Sequence record: PQ202980
Source: Escherichia phage CSP1C
Strand: one strand, 5' to 3'
Length of the DNA: 55,550 nucleotides
Part shown: positions 28,343 through 37,874 of the stretch, in pieces
Layout of the letters: every line of letters begins with the position of its first letter
How positions within the stretch are numbered: position 1 is the stretch's first letter
Notes under the pieces: generated by a model
What the model was told of the DNA's origin: nothing
What the model saw: the letters and a program-made list of their open reading frames with translations, nothing else
Database searches by the model: none
Made by a program: the position numbers and the translations under genes

Positions 28343-29046
28343 TCCACCCCGATATATTTGTGAACCTGAAGCTGCAACGTGTACCCGTGTTTCATACAGC
28401 TTTTGACAACCGCTTGGATGTTACTGTGGTTAAGGTCTTCATCCTGCTCGTCCATTGGCTGTAAATATATCTTACCCTTGAACCCCTTCGGAGGTCTAGC
28501 GATAAATGGTGTAGCTTGATGATCTAATGCTTGAAGAGGCAAACCATCTTCCACGTTTACACAGCACGCTTTAAGTACATATTTAAATGCATTAGCGCGG
28601 TACAGCACAGAAGGATGAATCTTTGAGGTCTTGGGGCTACATACAATGACAGGTAGCTGGGAAAAGTCCTTCGGTAAAGGCATAGACCCATTAGTTTCAA
28701 TCTGTACCAAATACCCGCGCGATAACAGTTGTTCGACAAAAGGGTTAATTTGCTGACGGAACGGTTCACCACCAGTGATAACCACAAGTGAGGTGCTATT
28801 GCCTGATTCCAGCTTACGGCTTTCGATTAAACGCATGATATCAACAATGTGGTAAAGAGAACGACCTACAGTATAATCAGTATCACAGCCCGGACATTGC
28901 AGGTTACACCCAGCAAGTCGCACAAATACAGCAGGCTGGCCGCAGAATGGACCTTCACCCTGAATGGTAGAGAATACCGAATGCACGTCTAAATACATAT
29001 CGTTTTCTTTAGAACGAGACTCGGGAGCTTGTTGATTAATATTCAT
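28339..29046 (-). CDS. queE: 7-carboxy-7-deazaguanine synthase (radical SAM)
   Basis: Cys motif CNLQCPGCDTDY and VVITGGEP typical of QueE. Confidence 0.85.
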   Translation of the reverse strand: MNINQQAPESRSKENDMYLDVHSVFSTIQGEGPFCGQPAVFVRLAGCNLQCPGCDTDYTVGRSLYHIVDIMRLIESRKLESGNSTSLVVITGGEPFRQQINPFVEQLLSRGYLVQIETNGSMPLPKDFSQLPVIVCSPKTSKIHPSVLYRANAFKYVLKACCVNVEDGLPLQALDHQATPFIARPPKGFKGKIYLQPMDEQDEDLNHSNIQAVVKSCMKHGYTLQLQVHKYIGVE

Positions 29047-29061
29047 CTTAAATCCTCTAGT

Positions 29062-29090
29062 GAAAAAGAAAGCGCCTCATTGGGCGCTTT
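29062..29090 (-). terminator. rho-independent terminator
   Basis: AAAGCGCC tcattg GGCGCTTT stem followed on the minus strand by TTTCTTTTTC. Confidence 0.6.
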
Positions 29091-29115
29091 CATTATAACG
29101 TGATATGTTTTGATA

Positions 29116-29919
29116 TTACAAGCCGTTCAGGGCTTCCGGTACTGGTACAGGTACGCGACCAGTCACACCATTAAATTTCTTCCAGCGTGCATACTGGGTT
29201 TTAACGGTATCTTCGTTCAAACCATGGCGACCAGCCAGGTTCAGAACATAAGAGATCGGAGCAGGCTGACCCAGCGTAGCGCTAATCTGGTCCATCAGAG
29301 CCCAGGCACGACCGCAGGAAGTTTCCGGTTGTGGACGACGAACACCGTTCTGTTCCGGCATACGATTAGCTTCTTTTTCTTTCTCGCGGAGCTCTTTAGC
29401 GCGTGCTTTTTCCGCTTCTTTTTCTGCCTGTTTTGCAGCACGGATCTTGTCTTTGAAGCCTTTAATAGTAGCTTCCAGACCATCCACCAGACCCTGGGCA
29501 GAAGTTACAGCACCGGACAGGTCTTCACCTTTAGACTTCTTAACGACAGCTTTCAGCTCTTTCAGAGCTTCTTTAATGGTCTTCAGGTTTGCAGATCCCT
29601 GAGTTTCTGCTTCCGTGATTTGTTCAACAGTGCTTTCGTCGGTGACGGTAGCTAAAGAGTTTTTCAGGATTTCAGCAGCGTTAGCAATCGCATTAAATTT
29701 GTTTTCCGCTTCAGTGCGGATTTCAGCTTGTTTCTTTTCAGCGGCAGCTTTTTTCTCTGCTTCTTTTTTCTCTTTTGCTACGCGTGCAGCTTCAGCGGCA
29801 GCGGCTTTCTTAGCTTCTGTATCATTCACAGTAGCTTCTTTCTTTGCAGGTTTAGCAGATTTTGCAGCGGCAGCAGCGGCAGCAGCGGCAGCGGCTTTTT
29901 TATCTTCAATGTTGCTCAT
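29116..29919 (-). CDS. Ala/Lys-rich low-complexity protein with conserved C-terminal domain (histone-like / DNA-binding candidate)
   Basis: ATG 29919 (track start 29928 is GTG); polyAla run plus KKAAAEK repeats; C-terminal TVKTQYARWKKFNG domain shared with ORF 45820..46434. Confidence 0.5.
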   Translation of the reverse strand: MSNIEDKKAAAAAAAAAAAKSAKPAKKEATVNDTEAKKAAAAEAARVAKEKKEAEKKAAAEKKQAEIRTEAENKFNAIANAAEILKNSLATVTDESTVEQITEAETQGSANLKTIKEALKELKAVVKKSKGEDLSGAVTSAQGLVDGLEATIKGFKDKIRAAKQAEKEAEKARAKELREKEKEANRMPEQNGVRRPQPETSCGRAWALMDQISATLGQPAPISYVLNLAGRHGLNEDTVKTQYARWKKFNGVTGRVPVPVPEALNGL

Positions 29920-30046
29920 TCTCTTCACTCCGAATTGTTATGGGTTCGTTTGTTACCAACGGGGTTAAATGTACCAAAGGATTTTGTGACACGCAACCCC
30001 TTATCCGAACATTTTTAAAAATATTTTTGATCAAGCTTAGAACTTA

Positions 30047-30541
30047 TTAGCTCTTTGCCCCTCTGCCCGGCGTCCATGCAGCTTGCAATGCGGGTCGCTC
30101 ACAAATGACCCTGGCACCGGAAATAATACCACCCTCCCGTTCAGCATCGTATTTGACACGGGCAGGTTTCCAAAGTCCTTCATCCATTGACGGAACGTAT
30201 TGCCCAATTTGAGGTGAGCAAAAGCCTTGGATATCGTATTCCACACAGAATTCGGCTTGTGCGCTGATTTGGGCGTGATCCAGGATTGTTTCTGGAAGTT
30301 GCGTAAAGTAATCAAACAAAATGCGCTCAACGATTTCCCGTTCATAAGGTGCAGCTCCTAAGTTTTCTGTCAAGTTAATATAAAGCATTTGAAGATCAAC
30401 ATCTTCAAGATTGTGTAAATCGTCTACTGGTGTTACCAGTGTTGACTCAGGGCAACAAATAATTCCAAGTTGGTGTAGTGTCAGCCAATTGGGATGCTTT
30501 GCCAAGAGTTCAAATTTATCTGTGTCAATTAGGACGTACAT
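30047..30541 (-). CDS. hypothetical protein
   Basis: 164 aa ORF downstream of helicase. Confidence 0.45.
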   Translation of the reverse strand: MYVLIDTDKFELLAKHPNWLTLHQLGIICCPESTLVTPVDDLHNLEDVDLQMLYINLTENLGAAPYEREIVERILFDYFTQLPETILDHAQISAQAEFCVEYDIQGFCSPQIGQYVPSMDEGLWKPARVKYDAEREGGIISGARVICERPALQAAWTPGRGAKS

Positions 30542-30600
30542 TGCAATCCCCTATAAATAAGTAATGCCCCAATAGTAGGGGCATTAGATGTTGAAGTCAA

Positions 30601-32577
30601 TTAGAACGGAACGTAATCCGGATCATCTACTTGTACAGGGTTAACCACATTGTTCACCGTTATGCCTTGCGTATTCTGTGAAACAATATCATCCCAGCTC
30701 ACATCATCATTATAGCTTGGACCTTCTGTTGTTCCATCCTGCCCGTATACTTTAACTTGAATAGCTTCGTCGTCCTGTGGAGCTTCAAACTTACCGAAAC
30801 ACGTACCATCATAATCGTAGTTCAATATCTCAGGCCATTTCTTATTGGTATGAACTTTGATGTATTTCGGTGTTTTAAGCATTGCAGCAACATCAAGAGC
30901 TTCTTCAATAGTTTGTGGTAAAGGAAGATGCGTCCTTTTCTTCCACCATGCAACCGCTTTACGACCTGCCCAGTCACCATGAAGTAGAGCTACCCATTCG
31001 CTGAATATTTTACTACCGCAATAATAAGTCACCTTCATTGTTGGAGGTTTGGAGCTGTCATTGCGTTTAGTGTGCTTCGCATAAGTAACATGCGTAACTT
31101 TAAAGTCTTCAACTACAGGAATGTCCTGCTTAATCAATGCTTCGGTACTTGCTGCCTTTTTAAGTTTGGTTTGGAACTTAAACTCATGACCGCAAAATCC
31201 TTCTTTAACATAATCCGTTCCACGTAGTCTGAATCCCTTCAAATATAATTGTTGAACTTGTTCCTGTGTAACGCTGTCCATAGGAATTGGTGCAAAGCCA
31301 CCGCAATAGCGAGCAGATGCATGATTATACGACCCGCACACATCGCATTCTTTAACCGGAGCAGTACCAGCACCTTTTTCGCCCGGGCGCTTGGGTTTAA
31401 CAGGGTCGTTAATAGGTCCCAAACGGCGCGTATTACCGCTGAAATCCAGTACAAGGCAGTTCTGCTTAGGACTTGCTGCAATAGCTTGCAAGCGACCTTC
31501 CTGCGTGGAAAGATCAAAGCCCTCCGCATATACCGGACGCGTACCGCGACCCAACATCTGAACCCATAGCACCGCCGAGGCAGTTGGGCGAAGCATGATA
31601 ATCAGATCAAGCATTGGATGGTCGAAACCTGTGGTTAAGACGTTGTTGTTTGTCAGCGCTCGAAACTCTCCACGCTTGAACTTTTCAATAATTTCATCAC
31701 GCTCTTTTGCATCAAGCTTTGAGTGAATACATCCGCAACTAATACCCATATCGTTCAGCATATCACACGCATCTTTAGCGTGTTCAATACCAGAACAAAA
31801 TATAAGCCAGCTTTGACGGTCTTCACCACATTCAATGGCTTCCTCAAGTGCGCGGAGTGTTGCGTCGTCGCGGTTTACCGCACTTTGTAGCTCACTCTGG
31901 ATAAACTCACCGCCGCGTTTCCCTACACCATTGAGGTCTAGTTCCATCTTTGTACGCTTTGGCACAACCGGAAGCAAATAGCCTTGCTCCAGGAACCAGT
32001 TAAAGGCTTCAGGGGTAGTTGCATCAAACGTTACTTTATCAAATAAAGCATCATCGTCTTTGTTTTCCTTAACAATTGAACCGTAACCCAGTCGGTAAGG
32101 TGTAGCAGTAAGACCGATAATTTTTAAATACGGGTTAACTTCACGCAATGCTGCAAAGAACTTCTTATACATTGTTGCATCACGCGGACTAATAAGGTGC
32201 GCTTCATCCACAAAGATTAGATCAACCTTGCCGAACTTTTTAGGATGCTTAGCAACAGATGCAATCCCCGCAAATGTGATAAGATTATAGACTTCTTTAC
32301 GCTTCAAACCTGCGCTGTAAATACCTGCTGGCGCTTCAGGCCAGACTTTCATTAATTTATCATAGTTTTGTGCAATTAACTCTTTGACGTGAGTTAACAT
32401 CATTACGCGCTGGTTTGGATACCATTTATAAAGCAGATCGAGGAACCCCGCGATAACGAGCGATTTTCCTGTCCCTGTTGGTAACAGGATCAAAGGGTTC
32501 CCCGCGTTACCCTTTTCAGCATCAAAATAGCGGAATACGCTATAAACTGCTTCCTGTTGATAATCGCGGAGCTGCAT
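30601..32577 (-). CDS. SF2 DEAH-type DNA helicase
   Basis: Walker A PTGTGKSL and DEAH box FVDEAHL; ATG 32577 (track start is TTG); C-terminal Cys-rich region. Confidence 0.8.
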   Translation of the reverse strand: MQLRDYQQEAVYSVFRYFDAEKGNAGNPLILLPTGTGKSLVIAGFLDLLYKWYPNQRVMMLTHVKELIAQNYDKLMKVWPEAPAGIYSAGLKRKEVYNLITFAGIASVAKHPKKFGKVDLIFVDEAHLISPRDATMYKKFFAALREVNPYLKIIGLTATPYRLGYGSIVKENKDDDALFDKVTFDATTPEAFNWFLEQGYLLPVVPKRTKMELDLNGVGKRGGEFIQSELQSAVNRDDATLRALEEAIECGEDRQSWLIFCSGIEHAKDACDMLNDMGISCGCIHSKLDAKERDEIIEKFKRGEFRALTNNNVLTTGFDHPMLDLIIMLRPTASAVLWVQMLGRGTRPVYAEGFDLSTQEGRLQAIAASPKQNCLVLDFSGNTRRLGPINDPVKPKRPGEKGAGTAPVKECDVCGSYNHASARYCGGFAPIPMDSVTQEQVQQLYLKGFRLRGTDYVKEGFCGHEFKFQTKLKKAASTEALIKQDIPVVEDFKVTHVTYAKHTKRNDSSKPPTMKVTYYCGSKIFSEWVALLHGDWAGRKAVAWWKKRTHLPLPQTIEEALDVAAMLKTPKYIKVHTNKKWPEILNYDYDGTCFGKFEAPQDDEAIQVKVYGQDGTTEGPSYNDDVSWDDIVSQNTQGITVNNVVNPVQVDDPDYVPF

Positions 32578-32579
32578 AA

Positions 32580-33488
32580 TCAATCTTTCCCGTAATAGTT
32601 AGCCACTTGATAGTTTTGACAACCAACTTTTTGACCCTGCGTATCTACTGCAACGGAATGGAAATTGCAATACCATGTTCCATCATCTTTTGGCTCAAGA
32701 AATTGACATGTGCGACAGTTTACTTCCGGCATAGTTTTACGCCAGCACAATGAGGCGTGATCGCACCATTTGCATTCGAAGAAGGTAGAGTCTTTGAATG
32801 CACGGTCAGGAATATCCGTAGCAATAGCAATCTGCACACCACGATCAATATACATGTCCGCAGTGACCGGATCAAATGGAATAATTTCTGCGTAAACTTC
32901 ATCATCGTTCTTGTTTACAGCAAGATATAACGCTGCGCCAAGTCCTAGCTTTCGCATGTACACGTTCATCTGTACATAGTGCTCAGGTTTAGCTTCTTTG
33001 ACACCTTTAGCTTTCAGTTTCTTGAAAGACTTATCGTTGTGGGTCTTCATTTCAGTAAGCACAGGCATCCCAGGCTGAACGTCCGGACAACCTATAACCA
33101 CACCATCGCAGGAACCGCCAAAGTGTCCGCCAGCTTCGCTAATACGGAACTGGTGTCCGTTTTCATCCTGCTGGTAGACCTGCATACCTGCCGCAAGAAG
33201 CATAGCAATGAAACGCGCTTCTTCCAGATGTCCGCGGTTAAATAGGCGGAGCTGGCGTCCATCGAACTCTTTACGAGTAGCCCAGCGATACCCGTAGAAC
33301 AGCTTGCGAGCACATTGTTGTCCAATAAGGGAAGCACCTAAGTGACTGCGGTTGCCGCTTTCGGGGCGATATGCGTCTTCAATTGTGGGAATGACTACGC
33401 CAAGATATTTACGGTAAGTCCCACCCTGATCTTTTTGCACACCGTCATTGATTGCTTGAAGTGTTTTTTCTGCAATATAAATAGCCAT
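32580..33488 (-). CDS. PD-(D/E)xK nuclease with C-terminal Cys cluster (Cas4/RecB-like exonuclease)
   Basis: DGVV...LTEMKTH D/E-K arrangement plus four C-terminal Cys (CKWCDHASLC, CRTC). Confidence 0.55.
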   Translation of the reverse strand: MAIYIAEKTLQAINDGVQKDQGGTYRKYLGVVIPTIEDAYRPESGNRSHLGASLIGQQCARKLFYGYRWATRKEFDGRQLRLFNRGHLEEARFIAMLLAAGMQVYQQDENGHQFRISEAGGHFGGSCDGVVIGCPDVQPGMPVLTEMKTHNDKSFKKLKAKGVKEAKPEHYVQMNVYMRKLGLGAALYLAVNKNDDEVYAEIIPFDPVTADMYIDRGVQIAIATDIPDRAFKDSTFFECKWCDHASLCWRKTMPEVNCRTCQFLEPKDDGTWYCNFHSVAVDTQGQKVGCQNYQVANYYGKD

Positions 33489-33499
33489 TGGAGTACCTT

Positions 33500-33527
33500 A
33501 GAAAAATAAGCCGTCTTTCGACGGCTT
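33500..33527 (-). terminator. rho-independent terminator
   Basis: AAGCCGT ctttcg ACGGCTT stem followed on the minus strand by TTATTTTTC. Confidence 0.55.
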
Positions 33528-33552
33528 AGGGACACTACAGAGGGAGGTTAAC

Positions 33553-34422
33553 TTACTGCTGCCACGGCGGGACTGCTGCTTGTGCCGGATGCGGTTCAGC
33601 TTGCTGCTGTGGCTGCGCTTGCTGCTGCGGTGCTGCTGCCTGACCCGGCTGTGCTACCTGCTGCGCCCATGGCTGCTGAGCTGCTTCCGGCGCTACTGGC
33701 TGTTGTACCGGAGCTTGCTGAACTGGCTGCTGCGGCGCTGCGTTTTGAGCAGGATTATCCCACGGCTGCGGTGCGGCATTCTGCCACGGTTGAGCTGCTG
33801 CGCCCTGCTGCGGTGCTGGTTGCTGAACAGGCTGCTGTTGCTGTACCGGAGCTTGCTGCTGTACAGGTGCTTGCTGTTGCTGAGCAAACGGGTTAGCTGC
33901 TGGCTGCTGCGGCGCTGCGCCCGGGAAAGTTGGCTGCTGTGCTGGCGCACCTGCACCGAACGGGTTAGCTACTGCTGGAGCGCCCATTGATGGAGCCTCT
34001 GCTGCTTTTTCTGCATACTTAACCGGATCGTTGATGTTAGCGTAACCGTTCGGCTCGTTGCTGTCTTCATAACCTTCCTGAGAACGAACTTTCAGACGCA
34101 GGTTCAGCGGAATGTTATGCAGTTGAGCAGGAGTATCCCAGCGAATTACACCTACTGCGTGGGAAAGTGCGCCCAGTTGCTCATAAGCGATACGCACAGT
34201 ATCTTCATTGTCGTTGATGACGTTGTAGCGAGCGAAGATTTTACGACCTTTAGCAAAACCGTCAATGATGCTAAACGTTACCTGGATCGCCATACCGCCA
34301 TTTTTGGTCGGTTTAAATTCAGATGCTTCAATTACTGCTTTATACCAACCTTTCGGCAATGCGCCGTAAGAAGGTGCTTGATAGCTGCTCGCGTCAAAGT
34401 GGAAATTAGTTGGCATAGTCAT
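33553..34422 (-). CDS. SSB-like (DUF669-type) protein with Q/P/A-rich C-terminal tail
   Basis: Globular N-terminal ~150 aa, then ~140 aa low-complexity tail with repeated PW motifs; adjacent and coupled to Sak4-like ATPase. Confidence 0.5.
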   Translation of the reverse strand: MTMPTNFHFDASSYQAPSYGALPKGWYKAVIEASEFKPTKNGGMAIQVTFSIIDGFAKGRKIFARYNVINDNEDTVRIAYEQLGALSHAVGVIRWDTPAQLHNIPLNLRLKVRSQEGYEDSNEPNGYANINDPVKYAEKAAEAPSMGAPAVANPFGAGAPAQQPTFPGAAPQQPAANPFAQQQQAPVQQQAPVQQQQPVQQPAPQQGAAAQPWQNAAPQPWDNPAQNAAPQQPVQQAPVQQPVAPEAAQQPWAQQVAQPGQAAAPQQQAQPQQQAEPHPAQAAVPPWQQ

Positions 34423-35150
34423 TAGTTGATACCTTTCATTTTGTTGATAACAGAACCTAAGTGTGGGACTTCAACCGCATCTAAACGTCCCGAACGATCC
34501 TTAGCGATTGTATTAAAGTCCGGTTGAGTTTGCAAGTAACGATATGAGTTACCTTGCTGATCCTTATTTACATTCAGACGAAACACTTCGTCGAAGAAGT
34601 AAGGGAGCATTTGCCCCAATTTGGACCCAGGCATAGATGGAGCATACGCGGTAACACCGGAGACTTCATCTTTGTCTTTGCCCATTTTAGCAGACATATA
34701 AACATGTTTGCCAGGAATATCGCGAAATTTACGGATCAGATCTTGCATCTTTTCAAGCAAAGTACCATAAGCTTGACGAGGATCTTTTGTTCCTTTTTTC
34801 GCATTGTTTAAACATTGTTCAGCAATTTCGCTCAAGCTGTCAAGCGCAATAGAATCGAAATACTGCTGGTTAGCTGGAGTTATACACCACTGATAAGCAG
34901 CTTCAACGTCCTCCAGACATTTAACTTCAATAACTGGGATATCATAAACGATCGGCAATCCCATGTTACCATAAACGCGATTAAGGTTTTCCGCTGCAAT
35001 AGATAACAGACCGGACTCTGCGCTGATCAAAATTGGTTTAGGTAGTGTGGCTACAAGGCTGGTTTTACCCATACCCGCTTCACCGTAAACCAGAATTTTA
35101 ACGCCTGTGTCTTGCACTACTTGTGAAGACATTTTAATTTCAATGGCCAT
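34422..35150 (-). CDS. Sak4-like RecA-fold ATPase (single-strand annealing / recombination)
   Basis: Walker A GEAGMGKTS near N-terminus, ~240 aa, typical pairing with a DUF669/SSB-like gene. Confidence 0.65.
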   Translation of the reverse strand: MAIEIKMSSQVVQDTGVKILVYGEAGMGKTSLVATLPKPILISAESGLLSIAAENLNRVYGNMGLPIVYDIPVIEVKCLEDVEAAYQWCITPANQQYFDSIALDSLSEIAEQCLNNAKKGTKDPRQAYGTLLEKMQDLIRKFRDIPGKHVYMSAKMGKDKDEVSGVTAYAPSMPGSKLGQMLPYFFDEVFRLNVNKDQQGNSYRYLQTQPDFNTIAKDRSGRLDAVEVPHLGSVINKMKGIN

Positions 35151-35215
35151 TTAACGCCTCTCTTTTAAGTTCGTGCTCATTGTAACGTAATATACTTTGA
35201 ACCCTCAATTACTTT

Positions 35216-36130
35216 TTAATCTAATGCCTGATCACTTTCATCGCGGAAATGCATAAAGTTAGCAAAACGCGGTTTATCTTTAACGCCATGAGGAAAGTGT
35301 TTATATGAAATAGTCCGACCTTTAATCTTGTCAGGGTTATTCCAATAATAAATCTTATCCTCTTGCGTTAGTTTACCAGGACTAACGTTGATTGTATTGC
35401 CAGTCTTAACGTCTTTACAAACAAGCGTCCCAATCATACCGTTAGGAACTTTATTTTCCTGATGTGAAGATCGTGTAGTCCTTCCCAGCTCGTTAACGGT
35501 AGCTTCATTAAGATTAGTTTCACCCTCAATAATATCGAGGACAATAGCGTCTTCCTGAATAAAGCGTTTAATACGAAGATATCCACCTTCGCGAACTGTA
35601 CCTCGCCCATGCTTATAAGGCTTTTCAGGATCGCGGATAATAATACCTTCATAACCCATATCAAGCCAGATGTTTTCCCAGTAGAGCAACTCTTGCAAAG
35701 ACTTAACCACATACATTGGCACAACTTGCAGATCGAGCAGTTCACCTTTCGCGTGCTGTGTGGTTATAAAATCTTTCATCATGTTGTAGCGTGCTTCATA
35801 GCCCATCTCTGCAACACTTTCAGCACACAGATCAAAAATGTGCCATTTCAGGAACGGTTCGCCTTCAATTGTGTTTACCGCACTGGTTGTTTTACGGCAC
35901 AGGTCGGGATCTGTTTCAACTCCGGCCGCAAGCTCACCGTCATAGCCCATGTACTGTGGACCACTGAAAATCGCGCTTGTATGGCGGTTTTTAAACAGCT
36001 TTAAGCTGCGCCCTACTATCTGCCCGTCCGGATTTAAACCGCGCACACCGTCGATTTTAGGCAGTATGCAGCACGGAAACTTAATCTTTTCTTCAACCGC
36101 GTCAGTTGCTAAATGTGGTTTAAAAGACAT
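35216..36130 (-). CDS. ATP-dependent DNA ligase
   Basis: Adenylation motif KIDGVRG near N-terminus; ~300 aa. Confidence 0.75.
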   Translation of the reverse strand: MSFKPHLATDAVEEKIKFPCCILPKIDGVRGLNPDGQIVGRSLKLFKNRHTSAIFSGPQYMGYDGELAAGVETDPDLCRKTTSAVNTIEGEPFLKWHIFDLCAESVAEMGYEARYNMMKDFITTQHAKGELLDLQVVPMYVVKSLQELLYWENIWLDMGYEGIIIRDPEKPYKHGRGTVREGGYLRIKRFIQEDAIVLDIIEGETNLNEATVNELGRTTRSSHQENKVPNGMIGTLVCKDVKTGNTINVSPGKLTQEDKIYYWNNPDKIKGRTISYKHFPHGVKDKPRFANFMHFRDESDQALD

Positions 36131-36131
36131 A

Positions 36132-36755
36132 CTACAACCTCATCCAAGTTTGATAGTCAGCTTCTGTATAATGCTGTTCACGCTCACGTTTAGTAAGCAT
36201 ATCAGCTTTCTCCTTCATACGGGTATTACGACGTAAATGCCCGCTACCCTTTTTAGGTCTGTTTTCCTTTTTCTTTGCTTCGGAAATAAGCTCTTTGCAT
36301 TCCTGCAAACGGATCTTGCTTCTTTCCAATCGCATAGCAGAACGCGCACGTTCATCACAAAATCTTTGAGCTTTGCTACGCTGGTCCTGATTACTTGTAT
36401 GACCTTTAACGTGGCGAAACTCAATAGTAAGGTTATATTTACGAAGTTGATCGTTCAACCATTTGAAAGCTGTACCTTCCTGTTCGCTTTTCCAGCTTGC
36501 CTCTTTATACACTTTAATAGCTGTTGAACAATCTGTTTGCACAATTAAATGATCACCCAATTGAATTAAATTAGCTTTCAATCCTTCCCAAATAACATTA
36601 CAGATTGCCATTGTTTCAGCTGCATTGTTATCCGGAGCACCGCGTAATGGGCCACCATTAGCATTATTTCCACGGTTACAGACTACCCATCCACCATATC
36701 CTGCGGCTTTTGTATTTGGGCAAAAACTTGCATCAGAAATAATTGTTACTCTCAT
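36132..36755 (-). CDS. ribonuclease H
   Basis: ISDASF...GYGGW...ETMAI...TDC...HVKGH pattern of RNase H catalytic residues. Confidence 0.65.
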   Translation of the reverse strand: MRVTIISDASFCPNTKAAGYGGWVVCNRGNNANGGPLRGAPDNNAAETMAICNVIWEGLKANLIQLGDHLIVQTDCSTAIKVYKEASWKSEQEGTAFKWLNDQLRKYNLTIEFRHVKGHTSNQDQRSKAQRFCDERARSAMRLERSKIRLQECKELISEAKKKENRPKKGSGHLRRNTRMKEKADMLTKREREQHYTEADYQTWMRL

Positions 36756-36799
36756 TGTTTTTCCTTAATAAACAGGGGGTCGAAAGACCCCCTTGTAAG

Positions 36800-37030
36800 T
36801 TATGCAGGAATAGATTCTTCCGGTTCTTCAGGGATCACGATTTCAATCTCTTCTTCATTTTGGAAGGTTAGACGGAAACCATCTCCTGGGCGCCCGAAAG
36901 CAAAGGTAAGGGCTATCGTATTATCCTGCTCGTAATGACAGATACTTTCTACTTTCATTTCGTTACCGTAAAAGTCACGGTAAATCATTCCAGGAAGCGC
37001 ATCGGTCGCTTTGATCTTTCTTACAGCCAT
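36800..37030 (-). CDS. hypothetical acidic small protein
   Basis: 76 aa ORF followed by terminator-like hairpin (36766-36793). Confidence 0.4.
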   Translation of the reverse strand: MAVRKIKATDALPGMIYRDFYGNEMKVESICHYEQDNTIALTFAFGRPGDGFRLTFQNEEEIEIVIPEEPEESIPA

Positions 37031-37041
37031 TATTCCCCCGT

Positions 37042-37833
37042 TTACAGTTTGTCTTTGAACTCTTCGATATATTGCTCGATCGGATACTGCTTGCGCTTGA
37101 AACGATCAAACAAGATTTTAGCAGATTCTACGTCTTCGTCGCTCTCTTTACTTGCGCCCGGTGCCATAAAATCACGCCATGTAAAACCGTTCAGATTATG
37201 CATCTTAGCGATGTGTTTATTGTAACGACTTTCCCAGTCCACACGCGGACCTTCCATCTTGCGTAAACCGCGCCCAAGCACCTGTACATATAAATCTTTC
37301 TGACGTTGTACAGCTTCGCCATTATAAGGTCCGGTTTTAAACTCAACAACACTACCGTTAAGATCTGCACCATCCGCAAAGTTGTGTAGCATAGTTTCAA
37401 TAACGTCATTCAATGTTGGAACCGTCACTTTGCCCTGGGCAATACCTGCCAAATAACCGACATTTTCTTCACCGTACAACTCGATCAGTTCTTTCTTGGT
37501 CGCTTCTGCTTCTTTGTTTGCGGACAAAGCCAACATCTGTTGTTCGAACATGTGTTCCTGTTCCAGGAAGTGAGCATAGCGCTCTTCGTCCACTTTGCAC
37601 ACAATCCATTTATATTCAACATCCTTGCTGAAGTCCGGATACTGATCCACTTCTACTACTTCCGTAGTAAAGAACTTGCCGTTATATTGAATAACAACAG
37701 TATCGCCCGGTTGTAGTTCGTCGCTTTCCAGGGCACGGTAGGTATAAAGACGACCACCTGCTTCAAACTTAACTTTGACAGTTACAACACCTTTTAACAG
37801 GGTATGATAAGCTTTCTGAAATTCTTTACGCAT
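37042..37833 (-). CDS. hypothetical protein
   Basis: 263 aa ORF in replication module. Confidence 0.45.
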   Translation of the reverse strand: MRKEFQKAYHTLLKGVVTVKVKFEAGGRLYTYRALESDELQPGDTVVIQYNGKFFTTEVVEVDQYPDFSKDVEYKWIVCKVDEERYAHFLEQEHMFEQQMLALSANKEAEATKKELIELYGEENVGYLAGIAQGKVTVPTLNDVIETMLHNFADGADLNGSVVEFKTGPYNGEAVQRQKDLYVQVLGRGLRKMEGPRVDWESRYNKHIAKMHNLNGFTWRDFMAPGASKESDEDVESAKILFDRFKRKQYPIEQYIEEFKDKL

Positions 37834-37874
37834 TTTAGTTTCCTCTTGGGCGGATTGACCGCCCGTTAATGTGG

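Noticed and set aside
29110-30050. Plus-strand track ORFs 29110..29655, 29615..29968, 29728..30018 and 29862..30050
   Set aside because: Antisense or alternate-frame artefacts of the Ala/Lys-rich repeat gene 29116..29919 (minus); compositionally aberrant and without start context.
33580-33990. Track ORFs 33580..33990 (+), 33582..33896 (+) and 33693..33956 (-) with Leu/Arg/Cys or Ala/Leu-rich translations
   Set aside because: They are alternative-frame readings of the CAG/CTG/GCN-rich DNA that encodes the Q/P/A-rich tail of the minus-strand SSB-like gene; low complexity, no RBS.
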